Shown piece by piece: positions 24,689 to 37,885 of a stretch of 64,000 nt of DNA. Both the position numbers and the translations under genes were made by a program. The stretch comes from Amphiscolops sp. MND2022 (taxonomy: Eukaryota): positions 43,154,001 through 43,218,000 of the forward strand of contig OZ076409.1 of assembly GCA_964187785.1 (NCBI GenBank), given 5' to 3'. How positions within the stretch are numbered: position 1 is the stretch's first letter; each line of letters opens with the position of its first letter. Below the pieces are notes generated by a model. The model did not search any database, had not been told where the DNA came from, and saw only the letters and a program-made list of their open reading frames with translations.

Positions 24689-26477
24689 CAGCCATACCCC
24701 TTCTCAGGGAGATTTGTACAACCAGATCGATCATGGCAAAAAAATAGCATCAGATGCAAAAAAATGATAATTGTGATGATATTCTTACGTTTTCATCAAC
24801 TCGAGCGTTAATTGACTACGTCATGCTAATTTGTGAGGTATAGAAAATTATACATTCCATGAAAGGACCCTAACATGGTTATAGCATGTATTGATTGTTT
24901 TTTCTCTTGATTGGTCATTGTATTGATTGATTATAATAAGATGACCATATAAGACTTTTTTTAGTAATCTAGATGTTTTTATACGGTGGCCATCCCGGGT
25001 ATGTAACTGGAAACTTAGTTAAAATTACGATCACTGAAACAAATAATTATTATTCTGGAAAACGAATTTCGAGAGCCAAGGTTGTTTCTAATTTGAAGCC
25101 TGTCAATTTTCCGAGGAAAAGTTTTACATCAATGATATTTAATATGCGGTTTATATTAAATCAAATAGTTAATTCAATTATTTGATATTCGGTGTAATAT
25201 AGAATTCAATCAATTCAGTTGGAGAGTCGCAGTCACAAACAGCAAAACAGTCTTTTAATTTCAATTAGTTTAGTTTTGGAAAATTTATTACTTATTAATA
25301 TACCTGGTATACTTGGTGTGCTTATAAATATAAATGCACTTGTAAATCTAGTGGAAATCATTTTTTCAAAATTCAAAATTACATCATGACAAAAAAACGC
25401 AGCCATTTTCCCCTTTCTATTTTTCAAGTACAAAGACTACTTTAGGCAACGTGATGTCAATATGTAAGTCTGAGTAAATTCACTCTAATTAAGGTTTTAA
25501 TAAGATGCCTTTCAGGAACCTTCCTTCTACAATGGTTTGACAGAAAAACAACAGAGTTATCGCCCCGAAATAAATGCCCACAAAAAGATCTGGATACCAG
25601 TTCATGCCTGAAAGACTACATGATTCCAACATGACCTTTCAATGGGGCATTTCTTCAGCCCTGCTTTCATCAGGGTATTGGTTGTTTCGCGGTGCGGTAT
25701 TCCTTTGACGTCGAGATTGGATATAAGATATTCGGTTATAGGCTAGCGATCTTCCAGGTTAAGATAGAAGAAACGTTGTTTCAGGAACAAAAGCTGAAAA
25801 TTCTCTAACTCGTTCACTTATTTCGTATATAATATGCGGCAAATGCTTCAAAAATAACTCGTCGAAGTAAAAGGGCGGAAAACGGGCCGAAAATTTTCTT
25901 GTCGATTATTCATTGGGTGCAAAGCCGTCTAATAATTGCAAATTACCAATTGGTTCTTGGTAACCCACCAAAAAATCTCATGAATTTTATTGCGAAGAGC
26001 TAGTTACGGATTTTTTGCCTTTTGATGTGAGAAATTTTCAGTTCTATTATTTTTTTGAGCATTTTCGGAACAATTTGACATATTTCAGAATTTTCGTCTT
26101 GTGTTTCGAGAAGATATTGTGCTAATTGAACAAAAAAGTTGCTGTGTAATCCTTTTAATTGGGGGAGGAAAGACGATTTAATATCTAATGATGAATCGAA
26201 ACTCGTAAAATTATTTTAAACTGGTAGTTTCCTAAATCTAGCCTCGAATGAGCGTCCAATTTGTTGTTTAAAAACCCAGCGGAAGTCTCTATTGTAAATG
26301 ACCATATGTATCGATAAAGCAGTCATAAAAAAGACGAACGTTATTCAAGTTGGCGCTTTATTGAAAATAAAAAGCGCAACTAATATGGTGGCTTTTCGTC
26401 GGTTTTTTTAAAAAAATATCAATGCACACGAACTGACCAAAATAGTTCTACAAAAATTCTACAAAAACTTGAAATCG

Positions 26478-28112
26478 TGATATGTACGGCCCAGAACGCT
26501 ATTCCCGAACTTTTGACGTTATATCCGAAGTAATTTAATTTTGGTTTACTTTTCTCCAAAGAGGGAAAAGCTGCTTATCCCGGAGAGCCAAATTTAAATC
26601 TGTTCACAATTGTTGGGTTATCAAAATTGAAGTGTGATTTGTTTAAGGCGTTGAAATGTAAATTAGCTGTAGAATGACAATTGCAATGTAAAAGTGAATT
26701 ACTGCGCACTCAAATGAGCTCCCGTACTTCTACGGCAGCGAGACTTCCCGGCAAGCAAACAGCCAATCACAGCACTTAAAATATGCTCGCAGTAATATTA
26801 CTCGCCGATTACGACCTTTCGACTGTACTTTAATGATGCTTGGTTAGAAGTAGGCAATTGGCCGGTTCCAGCCTGATTATGTATTGATGTCATTATTTTG
26901 CTTTTGATGCTATTATTTCATGTACCAACAGCGCAATTGTTATTGATGTGATGAAATGCAAGAAGTACTTATGTTTGAGGTGATCATTATTTAGTTTGTG
27001 TCCTGTTGTAAGTACCAGTCCTCGGACTTGCGCCGACTATTATTTGAAACGCAATATCGTGCCAACTGGCCGAATTAGGCTACAACAATATAGAGACCCC
27101 TCACATGTAATTTGAAGTTTGCTCTGTCCTTATAGCCTTCATGTCTCGCGCGCGAGCGCGTGCTTGAAACTGATGATGCCAATTTGTAATACCTTTTACT
27201 ATTTGTTGACATTTTGAGAGATTGTTTTGGTTGATAGTGATACGTTGTTTGTTTGAAGTTGCTTTCAAAATGCTATGTGCTAATTTTCAGAAAGCCCCGT
27301 TGCTTTGATGTTCCTAACTGTTGACGGTCAGGTGACTTTTCAGGAATGTATTAGCCAGGATTCATGTGATTTTTCCTTCATTTGAAGTAATTATTGAACT
27401 ATCGATGGTATGTAAAAATGTTAGCGTCTTGCCTTAAGTGGTATTTATACCTCTGACTTCTCAAGCGTGACACACTCTTCCCGAACTATCCAGTGTTCAA
27501 GACGTTTATTAAATGTTCAGTTTCCGATAAAATAATTCAAAAACTAGTATCGGATATTCTTCATGCTTACTTCAAGAAAGCAGAAAAATAAAGCAAGGAA
27601 ATCAAGACAAGCTGATATGCTATCTGATATTGACAACATGGACATAAATCTGGTCAGCAATCACTTTGAAAGAGAGTAAAACGAAATTAGCAACTGAGTT
27701 CGAAGACCAGAAAATCCTAGTTACAATGTCTTAAGAAACCATGATTTGAACTTTCACTCTAGGGAGAACGAAGTTAGGGGTTCTGCGAGAAAACGATTCG
27801 AGCAGTGAAATTAATAGATTGTTAGGGGAATTGAACCAAAGGATCACTCAAGAAATGAATGACCTAATGAGTAGTGTGAGCCCACAAATCCAGAGAGCCA
27901 TAAGTGAGGCCAATAATGAACAAGTTTTACCCCAGATTGAAGCTACTCCTAGGTCCGGACAAGGACAGATGCCTCGTAAAGGATGGAAGGACCGGCTGAG
28001 AGACCGGAATATAGATCTGAAGAAGCCTTTAATCGCAATTTCAGGAGTTGCTCTAGGTATGAGTCCCCCCGAAACTAAATTAGAGATGAGGACGAGGAGG
28101 AAACTCACAACA
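26478..28112 (+). mobile_element. Probable long solo LTR related to 17350-19053
   Basis: The 3' part encodes decayed MLTSRKQKNKARKSRQADMLSDIDNMD...GELNQRITQEMNDLMSSVS, homologous to ~18485-19053, and ends ...CACAACA. The left boundary (atcg|TGATATG, imperfect TSD atcg/gtcg) is tentative. Confidence 0.5.
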
Positions 28113-29190
28113 GTCGGTAAGTGCTGAAAAAACCCTAACTTGGTCTTTCCTTTACCTTTGCAAAAAAAAACACGGTTTAAAGTGTGACTTGAACCGTGAA
28201 CCATGATGTGCAAAGACCTAGGAACTCCGTGTTAACTTCCAGGCCAAGTATATGAATTGGAGTGAAGTTTCAGAAGTTATAGAAGTTATGGCTGAAACTG
28301 GCGGAGGAAGAAAAGTATCGAAAAGTATGAAAAAACAAATACAAAAAGAATATAGAACTTCATTGTTAATTCCAATCTGTACTAATGTTAGTATCGCTTG
28401 TATAATAATTCATCTTAGTTTTTCGATAAGGTTAGAAATTATCAGTAAACAACAACTAAGTTAAAATGGAGCTTCTAACCCTTTTGCTTTTTAACCGCAT
28501 GGAATCAGAATAAATGCTTGGCCGAAACTCAGATATTCAGGCAATTACGTTTCGAGGCACCTGTACGGTAAATGAACAAAGGCCGTTGTCAATATCCTAC
28601 GCACCAGAATATTAAAGGACTCTTTAATACAAATTACAATACAAATTACTTGCCAAAAGAAAGTCTCTCGCAAACAATCATCGAAAGCTTTGACTTGGTT
28701 CGAACACATGGAAGTAATGCCAAATAACCTACAAGAAATGATTCTGAGGCAAATACTATTCTCGCCAACAGAATAAGAGAACTCAATGTTTTTGATAACA
28801 TACAATTGTTTTTCAATTTTATTAGAGTTTCTAAAAAAATGAAAGCATTCAAACTTAGTTTCTTCTTTTGCATTTTGAAGAAAAATTTCATTATTTGTGC
28901 CGGAGTTGATTCTTTGAGGTGGGGGCTCGATGAACAACTGCTCATTCTTCATCTTAATTGGATTTGATTTTTGTTCAATCATTTTATAAACAACGCCAAT
29001 TTGTTATTGTATTTGTATCCGAAACAATTAACCTTCTATATATATCTATGAAAAAGTTCTGTTTTCGCTATCGATTAGGTAAAGAATTTATCTCACTTTT
29101 GAAAGTCTTCCCTGACTACGAATCTCCGCCCAGGTTGACTTATAGAGACGTTTCTGTTCCATCAGAGAAATTTCTTGAATTTCCAGACCA

Positions 29191-30481
29191 CCCGGGTCGA
29201 CCCTCCATGGATATCTTAGTAAGATCTTGGCAAGATCTTGCCAAGATCTTGGAAAAATCTTAGCTAAGATCGTGACAAGATATTGCCAAGAATTGCAAGA
29301 TGCCATGGTAAGATCTTATCAAGAGAGCCATGTTTCCAAGAAAAATCTTACTAAGAAGCCCAATATGGCAAGAAAAATCTTACTAAGAAGCCCAATATGG
29401 CAAGAAAAATCTTACTAAGAAGCCCAATATGGCAAGAAAAATCTTACTAAGAAGCCCAATATGGCAAGAAAAAAGTGCTACGAACTGCTCGATATCGAGA
29501 AAAAGTAGAACCAGAAAATCATTAAATTAGGAGTTATGTAAAAATAATCTAGACATCACTCAAAACAAAATTACTGAATGATTTTTACAACCATTTCGAT
29601 ATCGTAGATACATTATTGTCATTTTGTGAATGAATTGATTTTCATTTGTCGCTCGTAGACTAATTTTGGGGATTCCTTTCGAAGCTGTCTTTCAAAAGGT
29701 GAAAAATTTCTTTGCGCGAATGAACTTCTTCGGCGTTCCAATTTCATACTGACCCTGAAAAAAACACCCTACATCGTTTTCCATTTCACAGGAATAAGAT
29801 CTAAAGCCACTGAAATAATGAATAAAAGCACAGGAATAAGATCTAAAACCACTGAATTGAGAACCGAATCCACAGCAATATACATGGAATAAGATCTAAA
29901 ATTCCCCAATACGACATTTTCTCCAATTTCAATCGTAAAAAATCAATAATGGGCACAAATCTGTGTACGTCGGTTCTCATTTTAGTGGTAGAAGACCTAA
30001 AGCCATTGAAATAAGGACTAAAACTGCTGGAAAATCTAAAATTCATCACGACATTCCAATTTCATACTGAAAACCCCTGAAAAAACCTCATACATCGGTT
30101 TCCATTTCACAGGAATAAGTTCTAAAGCCACTGAAATAATGTCCAAAAGCACAGGAATAAGATCTAAAATCACTGGAATAAGGTTTGGATTCACAGAAAA
30201 TTTGAATCTTTACAGGAAATCAAGGTCCAGCCTGAGAAATCACGTAAAGACCCGGCAAAAGAATTATCATACGAAAGTAGCTAATTTTAGCACCCTTGAT
30301 CGAAATTTTGAAATCTTAGAATTTTTTCGATCTTAGTAAGATTTGATCTTGGAATGATGATACATCTTGGTAAGATCTTAGTAAGAATCTTGCCATGGGA
30401 TCCATGGCTGCCAAGATGTAGTAAGAATTTGGCAAGATCTTGCCAAGACAGCCAAGATGCTAGTAAGAGGGTCAACCCGGG
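29191..30481. mobile_element. CMC/EnSpm-like non-autonomous DNA transposon
   Basis: ca|CCCGGGTCGACCCTC ... GAGGGTCAACCCGGG|ca: TIRs, 2-bp TSD and subterminal aagatctt repeats at both ends. Confidence 0.7.
29337..29473. repeat. 32-bp minisatellite x4.3
   Basis: caagaaaaatcttactaagaagcccaatatgg units start at 29337, 29369, 29401 and 29433, with a partial unit at 29465. Confidence 0.95.
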
Positions 30482-30768
30482 CACCCATTTTCGACGAGCA
30501 ACAGAATCAGAATACTAAAAAAGTACATTAATATTACTGTCCTCATTTATTTATATGCCATGTTGATCTGTTGCTTTCAAGAGACTGTGTCACATATTCA
30601 TATACAAAGGAACGTATGCAGTACTGAAGTTACTCATGCGATGGAACTTTTCAAAATGCTTTAAAAGTGTGCCGCTGAGTTTGGGAAACTTTCAAAATTG
30701 TTACTTAGTACTGATTGCATGTTCATTCAACTTTTTTTGGATGACAAAAATTTAGAAAAACCAAGATA

Positions 30769-31110
30769 AACCAGAGCCGCATATGCGGTAAAGGAATCGG
30801 CTCAGGTCTTTTTCCTTCTGACTCGAATCCCAGTCATACGAATTTGATGGAATTGCACACAAAGGACCATAATATGGTGTAGAAAGACTGTACAAAATTT
30901 CGTTCGAATCATATGGACAGTATTTGCGAAAATCAAAAATCTAAAAATAGCTGTTTTTCGGCCATTTTTGGGTTAATTTTGGCTATGTTCCTCGCATCTC
31001 AGCCATACAAATTTGATGAAATTTCACACAAAGGACCATAATATGGTGTGGAATCAATGTGAAAAACTTCGTTCAAATCGTATGACAGTTTTTGCGAAAA
31101 TAATAAAAAG
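30769..31110 (+). repeat. Dispersed repeat with hairpin head and ~170-bp internal repeats
   Basis: Head aaccagagCCGCATATGCGGt; catac.aatttgatg.aatt.cacacaaaggaccataatatggtgt occurs twice (~30835, ~31004). Confidence 0.5.
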
Positions 31111-31519
31111 TCTGTTATAAAAGTCTGTTTTAAAAAGTTAAAAATCGTGTAATTTGGTTAAGACTTTTGACCTTGGAACGGAATAAGCATTCGGAAAGAA
31201 AGAGCGTTTGACAGATATAGGTACTTTGAACGTGAATGGTTTAGACTAGACGAGAAAGTCAAAAAGGATCAATGTCAAACTTGATAACAAAAACCGGTAA
31301 CAGTGAACTGAATTGAACCGCTAGCCTAATTTGGTCAAAGATTTGATCGCGGCAACGAGTGCTGTTTCTATTGAGTATTCAATTATTTCAAACGATTACG
31401 TAATATTTTTACGATGGCTTGCATGTTACGATGATCTTCAACGAGTGCTCAACACATCATTCAACGGTAAGACTATCCCGGCTCCCGTTCCTGATCACAG
31501 GAACCATAAAGTAGGGCAG

Positions 31520-34200
31520 AGTACAAGCTTAGCAAGTGGGCGAGTAAAAAGACCACTGGAAGTTTGATGGTAGCAGATCAAGCAATACCATCATCAGATA
31601 TGTTCATCTTGAAAAAACGTCCCAGGGGGTATTGACCCTTAGCACTTGAACTATCAACGAGCCAGGTTAAACTGTCAATTGAGATAGGTAACGTTGAATC
31701 AGAAATCCACATGGACCTGGTTTGCAACTGGTAACATGTTTGTTTAGCCAACGGCGCCAAAACAATTCAGTATAACATTGAGCCTGACGAAACACCCGTT
31801 GATGAGAATGATCATTGGATTGAACTAAGCCAACAGTAAAGTATCCGGTGGAAGGACCTAGCAAAACGTGATTGGGTGCTAAAGCATCAAGACCATTCAC
31901 ATCAAAACTCACTGCAGTTAGAGGCCGAGCTTTAGGAGCTGCTCTACTAGGGCATAAAGTCAACAAAGTCTCTTCGGTTAGACGGCGGCCATTCCTAACA
32001 GCAAACGTGGCTCTTTTGCAGGACCTAACTAATCGTTCCCAAACCCCACCGGCTTCGCAACCACGATAGGTTGAGTGAGACGACTCGTTGTCACTTCGAG
32101 TAGGGGACAAAGCAAAGCTCTTTAGCTCCTTTGAAGCTCCTACAAAATTAGTGCCATTATTGGCGTTGAATCAACTTGGGAATGCTGTAGCACGGACAGC
32201 TGTACTTTGGTTGCTATTGCTTGGATAGCAAAAATTTTAAGGAAAACTGATATTCAAACTAGACGACATAACACTGAAAATTAAACGCGGTAAAAGCGCT
32301 GAATACTACACATTGAAAAGATGAATAATCGAAGTCTCAATATGATAGTTAGGTAATCTCAACAATCGGAGATCATCGTTTTCGGTACATCCCGCCGCGC
32401 ATTGAATCTCTGAATTGCTAACAATTAGGAGTCAGTGGTGAGCGAATGACAAACCGCGAACGGCGGTTGATTGAAACCAAGTTTTTCACTGGACAAGTCA
32501 GCCATCTGAGGCTGTACAAAACTGGGACTCCGTTTTCTACACAACAAACAATGGTTCTTGATACGACGAAGTTCGGCTTCTAACACGACAACCCAATACG
32601 TCTGTTGCACACTTGACCGTAAGAATTCGACCCCTTCAAAAGAAATCTCTGATTGAATTTTAATCAGGAACAACTCAACAACTGGATTTTGAAAAGAAAG
32701 AATGATTGGCTGTTTTTGTTCAAAGATCATTTTAGAAGCACTACGGATCCTTGCACGGGTCTAATCAAACCATCACACATTAACGGAACTAATGGAGCAA
32801 TGGTTGATTGGTCAAGTACATCGTTACCCTGATCCAGAGAAATGTAAACTTTGACAAATTGTTTCCGTTGAACTAGGCGCCAAATGGTACGTTCAGATTC
32901 ATTCAGTTTCTCAGCGGTCAAAACAGATGAAGTTTTCTGTTCGTTATTCGGTGTTTCTCGCAGTTGTTCAAAGAACTTTCGCAACCTCAGCACTCAACCC
33001 ATAGCTCGTTTCACTTTATTGTTAAAAAAGTTCTAATTCACTTGCTAAAAAGTTCATCATCAAAGACATTTTTTGCTGGGCGGTTTGCACCCTGGCTGTG
33101 GCACATACAGCTGTTTTCGATTCAGAAGTGCTATCAAAAGCTGGCTTTGCAGGCCGTTGATCGTTTTCAAAATTCAAAAAATACGCTCCACCGAACCACT
33201 CACAATGTTTCAGCTCGGTTACTTTCACACGGCGATTGCCAATGTGGGCAGGGTTTTGAATTCCCGGAACAAAGTTCCACTCATCAACTCTTGAGTGATC
33301 TAATATTTCGGCCACATGATTGGCAACAAAAACAGGCAAACATTTATGAGATGAATCAATCCATTGAAAGACAGTGGAGCTGTCGTCGCTCCAGAAAACA
33401 GTTGCTTTGATTGTCAATGGCAAAATTTTTTAATTGAAGTCACAAGGCGCAGACCTATCAGACTGCTTGCAGTTCAAGCTTGGGTATAGTGGTCGCACGT
33501 ATGGGAGCGACACGGCACTTTCCTACTAAGAATGAAACTTGCAACACTTGATCCATTGGGCACGTAAATGAATGACCGCACACATAGCGGACTGCAAAAA
33601 TGCCCCGCTCAAGTTTGATGTCGGAGATATTCCTTTTTTCAGCATCCCATTCAAAAAGGCAACTTCAATTTCATCAGGGACTGGTGCGTCCCATTTTTGG
33701 CCTTTGACGCACCAAAGTTGTTTCAGAGCTGAGCGGCCTGTTATGGTCAAGGGAGAAATGAAACCCATAGGATCAAATATCCCGAAAACTGCTTATAAAA
33801 CTTTTCGCTGAGTAATTACATTGGTTGTCAAATTAGTTACACCTCAACACACACTCAATGAATCTGTTTTGGAGTCCCATTGTATCCCCAAACACTAATT
33901 TCAGACATTTCATTGAAGTTAGATATGTCGAAGGAAACATTTTTTGACAATCGATTGAAGGTTTCTACATCATTGGTTATGAACTTAGTGAGATTGAACC
34001 CACAATTCTCCAATATTTGCTTGACCTGAAGAGCGACGGTAAATGCATTTTCCGGACTGAAAAAAGACTTCAAAATGTCATCGACATAGTATGAATCAAA
34101 AACTGTTTCGAAAGCTAAAGGGAATTGCAAACGGTTATCTCTAGCCTCTTGTTGACCACTAAAGTTAGCGACAGTGGGATCAATGATGAGATTGAAGTCT
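31520..34200 (-). pseudogene. pol: Second, 5'-truncated BEL/Pao pol remnant (RT C-half, RNase H, integrase)
   Basis: FDSYYVDD..GFNLTKF (33855-34217); FDPMGFISP; FWSDDSSTVFQWI..FVANHVAEI..NPA (33022-33423); CLLCRK..PQMADL; NGTNFVGA; GGVWERLVRSCKRA; YPLGR; RPLAKL. A 3' LTR may lie at ~31130-31472 but was not verified. Confidence 0.92.
32164..32364. mobile_element. 201-bp solo LTR inserted in the BEL integrase
   Basis: attgg|CGTTGA...TCAACA|atcgg: near TG..CA inverted ends and a 5-bp TSD with 1 mismatch; it splits ISD|NGTNFVGA. Confidence 0.8.
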
Positions 34201-34311
34201 ACCAATATACGCATCATATCTTTGGTGCATTTTCATCTTCACTCCCGCTAATTTTAGTGTTCAACAAGGCTTGAGATAACCCTTTGCAATTCCCTTTAGC
34301 TTTCAAAAGTT
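34101..34311. repeat. Decayed inverted repeat at the BEL RT truncation point
   Basis: gaaagctaaagggaattgcaaacggttatctc..ttagcg (34110-34170) is the reverse complement of 34246-34304 with a few mismatches. Confidence 0.85.
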
Positions 34312-34398
34312 CGCTTTAGTCTGGAATGAAATGTAGATTCTAAATTACTTTCGAATAATTTGGTCAGTTGGCAGAACGCCAATACAAAAATTCAATAA

Positions 34399-34534
34399 TT
34401 TACAAAAGTCATTCATGAAATCAAACTATTTACTATGCAAGAATCATTCGCAGAAACAATCAAAAGCTTTTGATTTATTCTGCGAATGATTTTTGCATAG
34501 TTAATAGTTTGAATTCATAAATGACTTTTGTAAA
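34399..34534. repeat. Decayed palindrome, 68-bp arms, no loop
   Basis: Centre atcaaaag|cttttgat (34466/34467); arms tttacaaaagtcatt... / ...aatgacttttgtaaa with scattered mismatches. Confidence 0.9.
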
Positions 34535-35616
34535 CTGAAAAAATACGGCAGTTTAATCCAGACTTTTTTGTTCACGTTTTTGTTTTTGCTAAAGTGCTTC
34601 AGAGCATTGCTTACGGACTCTGATTTGTTACCGTAACACATATTTGAACATCTTTAGAACATTTAGTCATATACATTTCCCTTTTCACAATTTGAACCGC
34701 GAGTTTTTTCACCATTTCCACTTCAAACCTTCCAGTTCAGGCTTCGGCTAGAATTTTATCGTTCGCATACACAAACTCGCAAAAGTCAGCGTCAATATCA
34801 TTTTAGTGAAGGCTTGTGTATCGAAGACAAAAATTCATCAAATCAAAACAAGATGTCTTAGGAGCGAAATATCAATAAATTTCCAAGGGCCTTCATTGAT
34901 GCTTTTAGTTTTGAAGTCCAATCATTTTTCGAAATGTTACGAAAGCCTTTTTGCCGACCGTTTTGACAGTTCATGTCTATTATTTTTCTACACATACCAG
35001 TTATCGCAACTTTCATAATTACTTGTAGCCCTCAAATGTCTTCAGAGTTCCCTCGATAATCACAAACTCTTTAAGAGAAATTTAGTCACAACTTGATATT
35101 TGAGCTATATCCCATCTTAATGCATGACACCAGAGACCACTCTTCATTTTCTGTTGAAACTCCCTGGAAGAGTGAATTTTTGACAAAACGTCAAATAGAA
35201 ACCTTGTAAATAATACCAAGGTCTACAAAATCATGCCTTTGAATCAGACCATAAACGGAATCGCCATTGAGATTTTCGGTCTTGATTGTAAAAATGATTA
35301 AAATTGTTTGAAAGAAAAGTCATCATAACTTTCAGAAAAGTTGCTTGATTGCAATACAAAAAGGACTAGAAAAAAAGGAACGTCTTTGTTCGACAAAATC
35401 TTTTCAGAAAAACTTCAGGCATGAAAATGAAAATGAAAAAAAGAGTCGACGCTTACTTTTGTGGGCTAGAGTATGCTCTTTTGAAAACTCTTAAGGCCAT
35501 GCAATGTTTCTGCATATAACAAAAAGTCATGACTTGTTTTCGAACAAAAAGGTGAGTCTTATAACGTTATATACTATAACAAAATACTATAGTTAAGTAT
35601 TATAATTTTCTTCCAG

Positions 35617-36148
35617 ACCCCGATTTCCAAGTGTGGTGGACACGACACGCAACTACTCAGTGACGGAAATCACTCTCTCTGTTCCTATTTCTAACATGAA
35701 AAGTTCCCTGGCCACTGAGCACTCTGGCTCATTGATGGCATCGGCTAATGGTCCAGGGTCTGGAAAAGATGGGGCACAGAAGACAGGCAAGCACCTGAAC
35801 CAAAAAAACGCCCGACCAAACGACAGAAGCAAGTTCCCGGGGTCACAAAACGGGGTCAATCAAGCTAACTCCTCATCTAGCTCATCAGCTGACAGCAAGA
35901 AAAGAGTGACGGCCACTTTATTCTACGTCACTGTTTTCTTCATCATAATTTCAACCCCGGTCGCAATCGCGGAGTTGTTCCAGAACGTGTTTGGGTTTAT
36001 AAATCTGTCCCCAGTAGCTTCAGAAATTCTGACACTGAGCACGGAAACTTTGTTTTGCGCAAACTTCTTTCTTAGTGCTTATCTTTTCATATTTAATAAT
36101 TCCTACATACACGAGAAACTTAGATCGTGGAAACTTTGCATGCGTTGA
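35617..36148 (+). CDS. Terminal exon of a probable rhodopsin-like GPCR (long ICL3, TM6, TM7, helix 8)
   Basis: Acceptor ttttcttccAG at 35616. The open frame gives a Ser/Gly-rich loop, then KKRVTATLFYVTVFFIIISTPVAI (basic patch plus TM6 with Pro), then ILTLSTETLFCANFFLSAYLFIFNNSYIHEKL (TM7/H8-like), then a stop. No frameshifts. Confidence 0.7.
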
Positions 36149-36307
36149 GAAATTGATCGTTTTGTGAAGCTATATTTTGAGGTTGAAAATATTCCTACGA
36201 AAGCCTGATGCTGACATTACTAAAAATCTTGAAATGATTAATTTGAAAAAAATTGAAAGATGATTTGTCCTCAAAATGTCTTCAAATGGTGTTTTACTAT
36301 AATACAT

Positions 36308-36537
36308 CCCGGGTTGTTCTCCCTTACAAAAACCGGTCAATCATACTCTGCCATCATACTCACAGTATGATTCCAGGCTGATCATACTCTGGACCATATA
36401 TGATTCCAGGCCGATCATACTCTGGACCATATGTGATTTCAGGCCGATCATGGCAAGATCCAAGTAAGGAAATTCCTATGGTTTGTATGGTGCCATAATA
36501 TGGTCAGATTATGATCGGCCTGGTAGGCAAACCCGGG
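36308..36537. mobile_element. Small CMC/EnSpm-like MITE
   Basis: at|CCCGGGTT ... AACCCGGG|at with a 2-bp TSD; internal ~34-bp repeats (tgattccaggccgatcatactctggaccata). Confidence 0.7.
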
Positions 36538-37479
36538 ATTTAAAAATATTTAAAAATTCTCCTCTTAAAATGATTGTCTGTTAATGAGAATACATGTTGA
36601 TACATTTGTTAATATAAGTTTGTATCTATTTAATGAATTATAAGTGATGCTAGTTTGTAACTACTTGTTCGTGTTTCTTTTGTCAAAGTTGTGCCATATC
36701 AAAATATTGTTTTGAATAGTCAGATCCCTGTTCAAATACCCAATTTACGATCATTGAGCCAAAACTTTTAAAACGCTTCGACACCAATTTAGACATGATG
36801 TTTTAAATAAAAAACAAGAAAGCGTTACTGATAATTTGAGGTACTGATAACATTTCAAATAATCTGTTTTGACACTTCTAGCAAAAATTACACTAATTAT
36901 TGTCCAAAATAGCAAAAATTCACGCTTCGAACAATCTAAAATCGCATAAAAAGGCCCCTATTTCAACGCGAATATGCCACATGGGAATAGACTATAAGAT
37001 CCGAAATGTGTTAATGAGGCGACCTGGTAACATTGTATCTAAAGCATTTTGATTTTTCCGCAATGTTTCAACAATTGCTTAATTTTGTTGCACTTCCTCA
37101 AAGAATTTCTGAAACATGCAACTAATTTGCGCAACTACATGAAAATCAATATCGCTACCTTGTATCTGACGATCTTGTTCAGAATTTTGCGTCCTGTGCC
37201 GAATTATGAACATTTTTTCCTAAAACAGGTATTACAATATTTGAAGCTTCTCCTTGCTTAAAACTGCTTGACTATTTATACATCTTATTGAAGTTACCAA
37301 GCATGTACACAGTGATTTTATAAACTCTGACCAAAAAACTTCTTGTAAGTTTCCTCGCTTCTTTTCGAATTTCATCGAGCTATCTGGAAAATGCATCTTT
37401 AATTTGGCAGGTATTGGAAACCATGAAGATTTGCAGGTTTCAACATCCATTAGTTCTCCCAGCGTTTGACAGCTTGAAT

Positions 37480-37885
37480 ATCTTACCAAGATCTTAGGGA
37501 GATCTTGAATTCTTGAATATCTTGGAAAGATCTTGGATTTTATCTTGACATCTTGAATTTCTTGGTAAGATCTTGGATTTCATCTAGGATATTTTGACAA
37601 GATCTTGGATCTTGAAAATCTTGGTAAGATCTTGGATCTCGAATATCTTGGCAAGATCTTGGATTTTGTCTTGACATCTATGAATATCCTAAGGCCGGTC
37701 ACGTGTTGTACAGAAATCTACATCAGCAGAGAGCCTCCACCTCAAAGTAAGGACATTGTTCAGTTTCTGGAAGCGTTGCTTGTAGAAGAACTACATGTTT
37801 AACAAATATATTCTTGGAAGCTATCTTGGATTTCTTGGTGAGATCTTGGATTTCATCTTGGATTTCTTCCAAGATCTTGCCAGAA
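37480..37885. repeat. aagatcttgg-rich degenerate repeat related to subterminal repeats of 29191-30481
   Basis: Numerous aagatcttgga/atcttgg motifs in two clusters. Confidence 0.6.
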
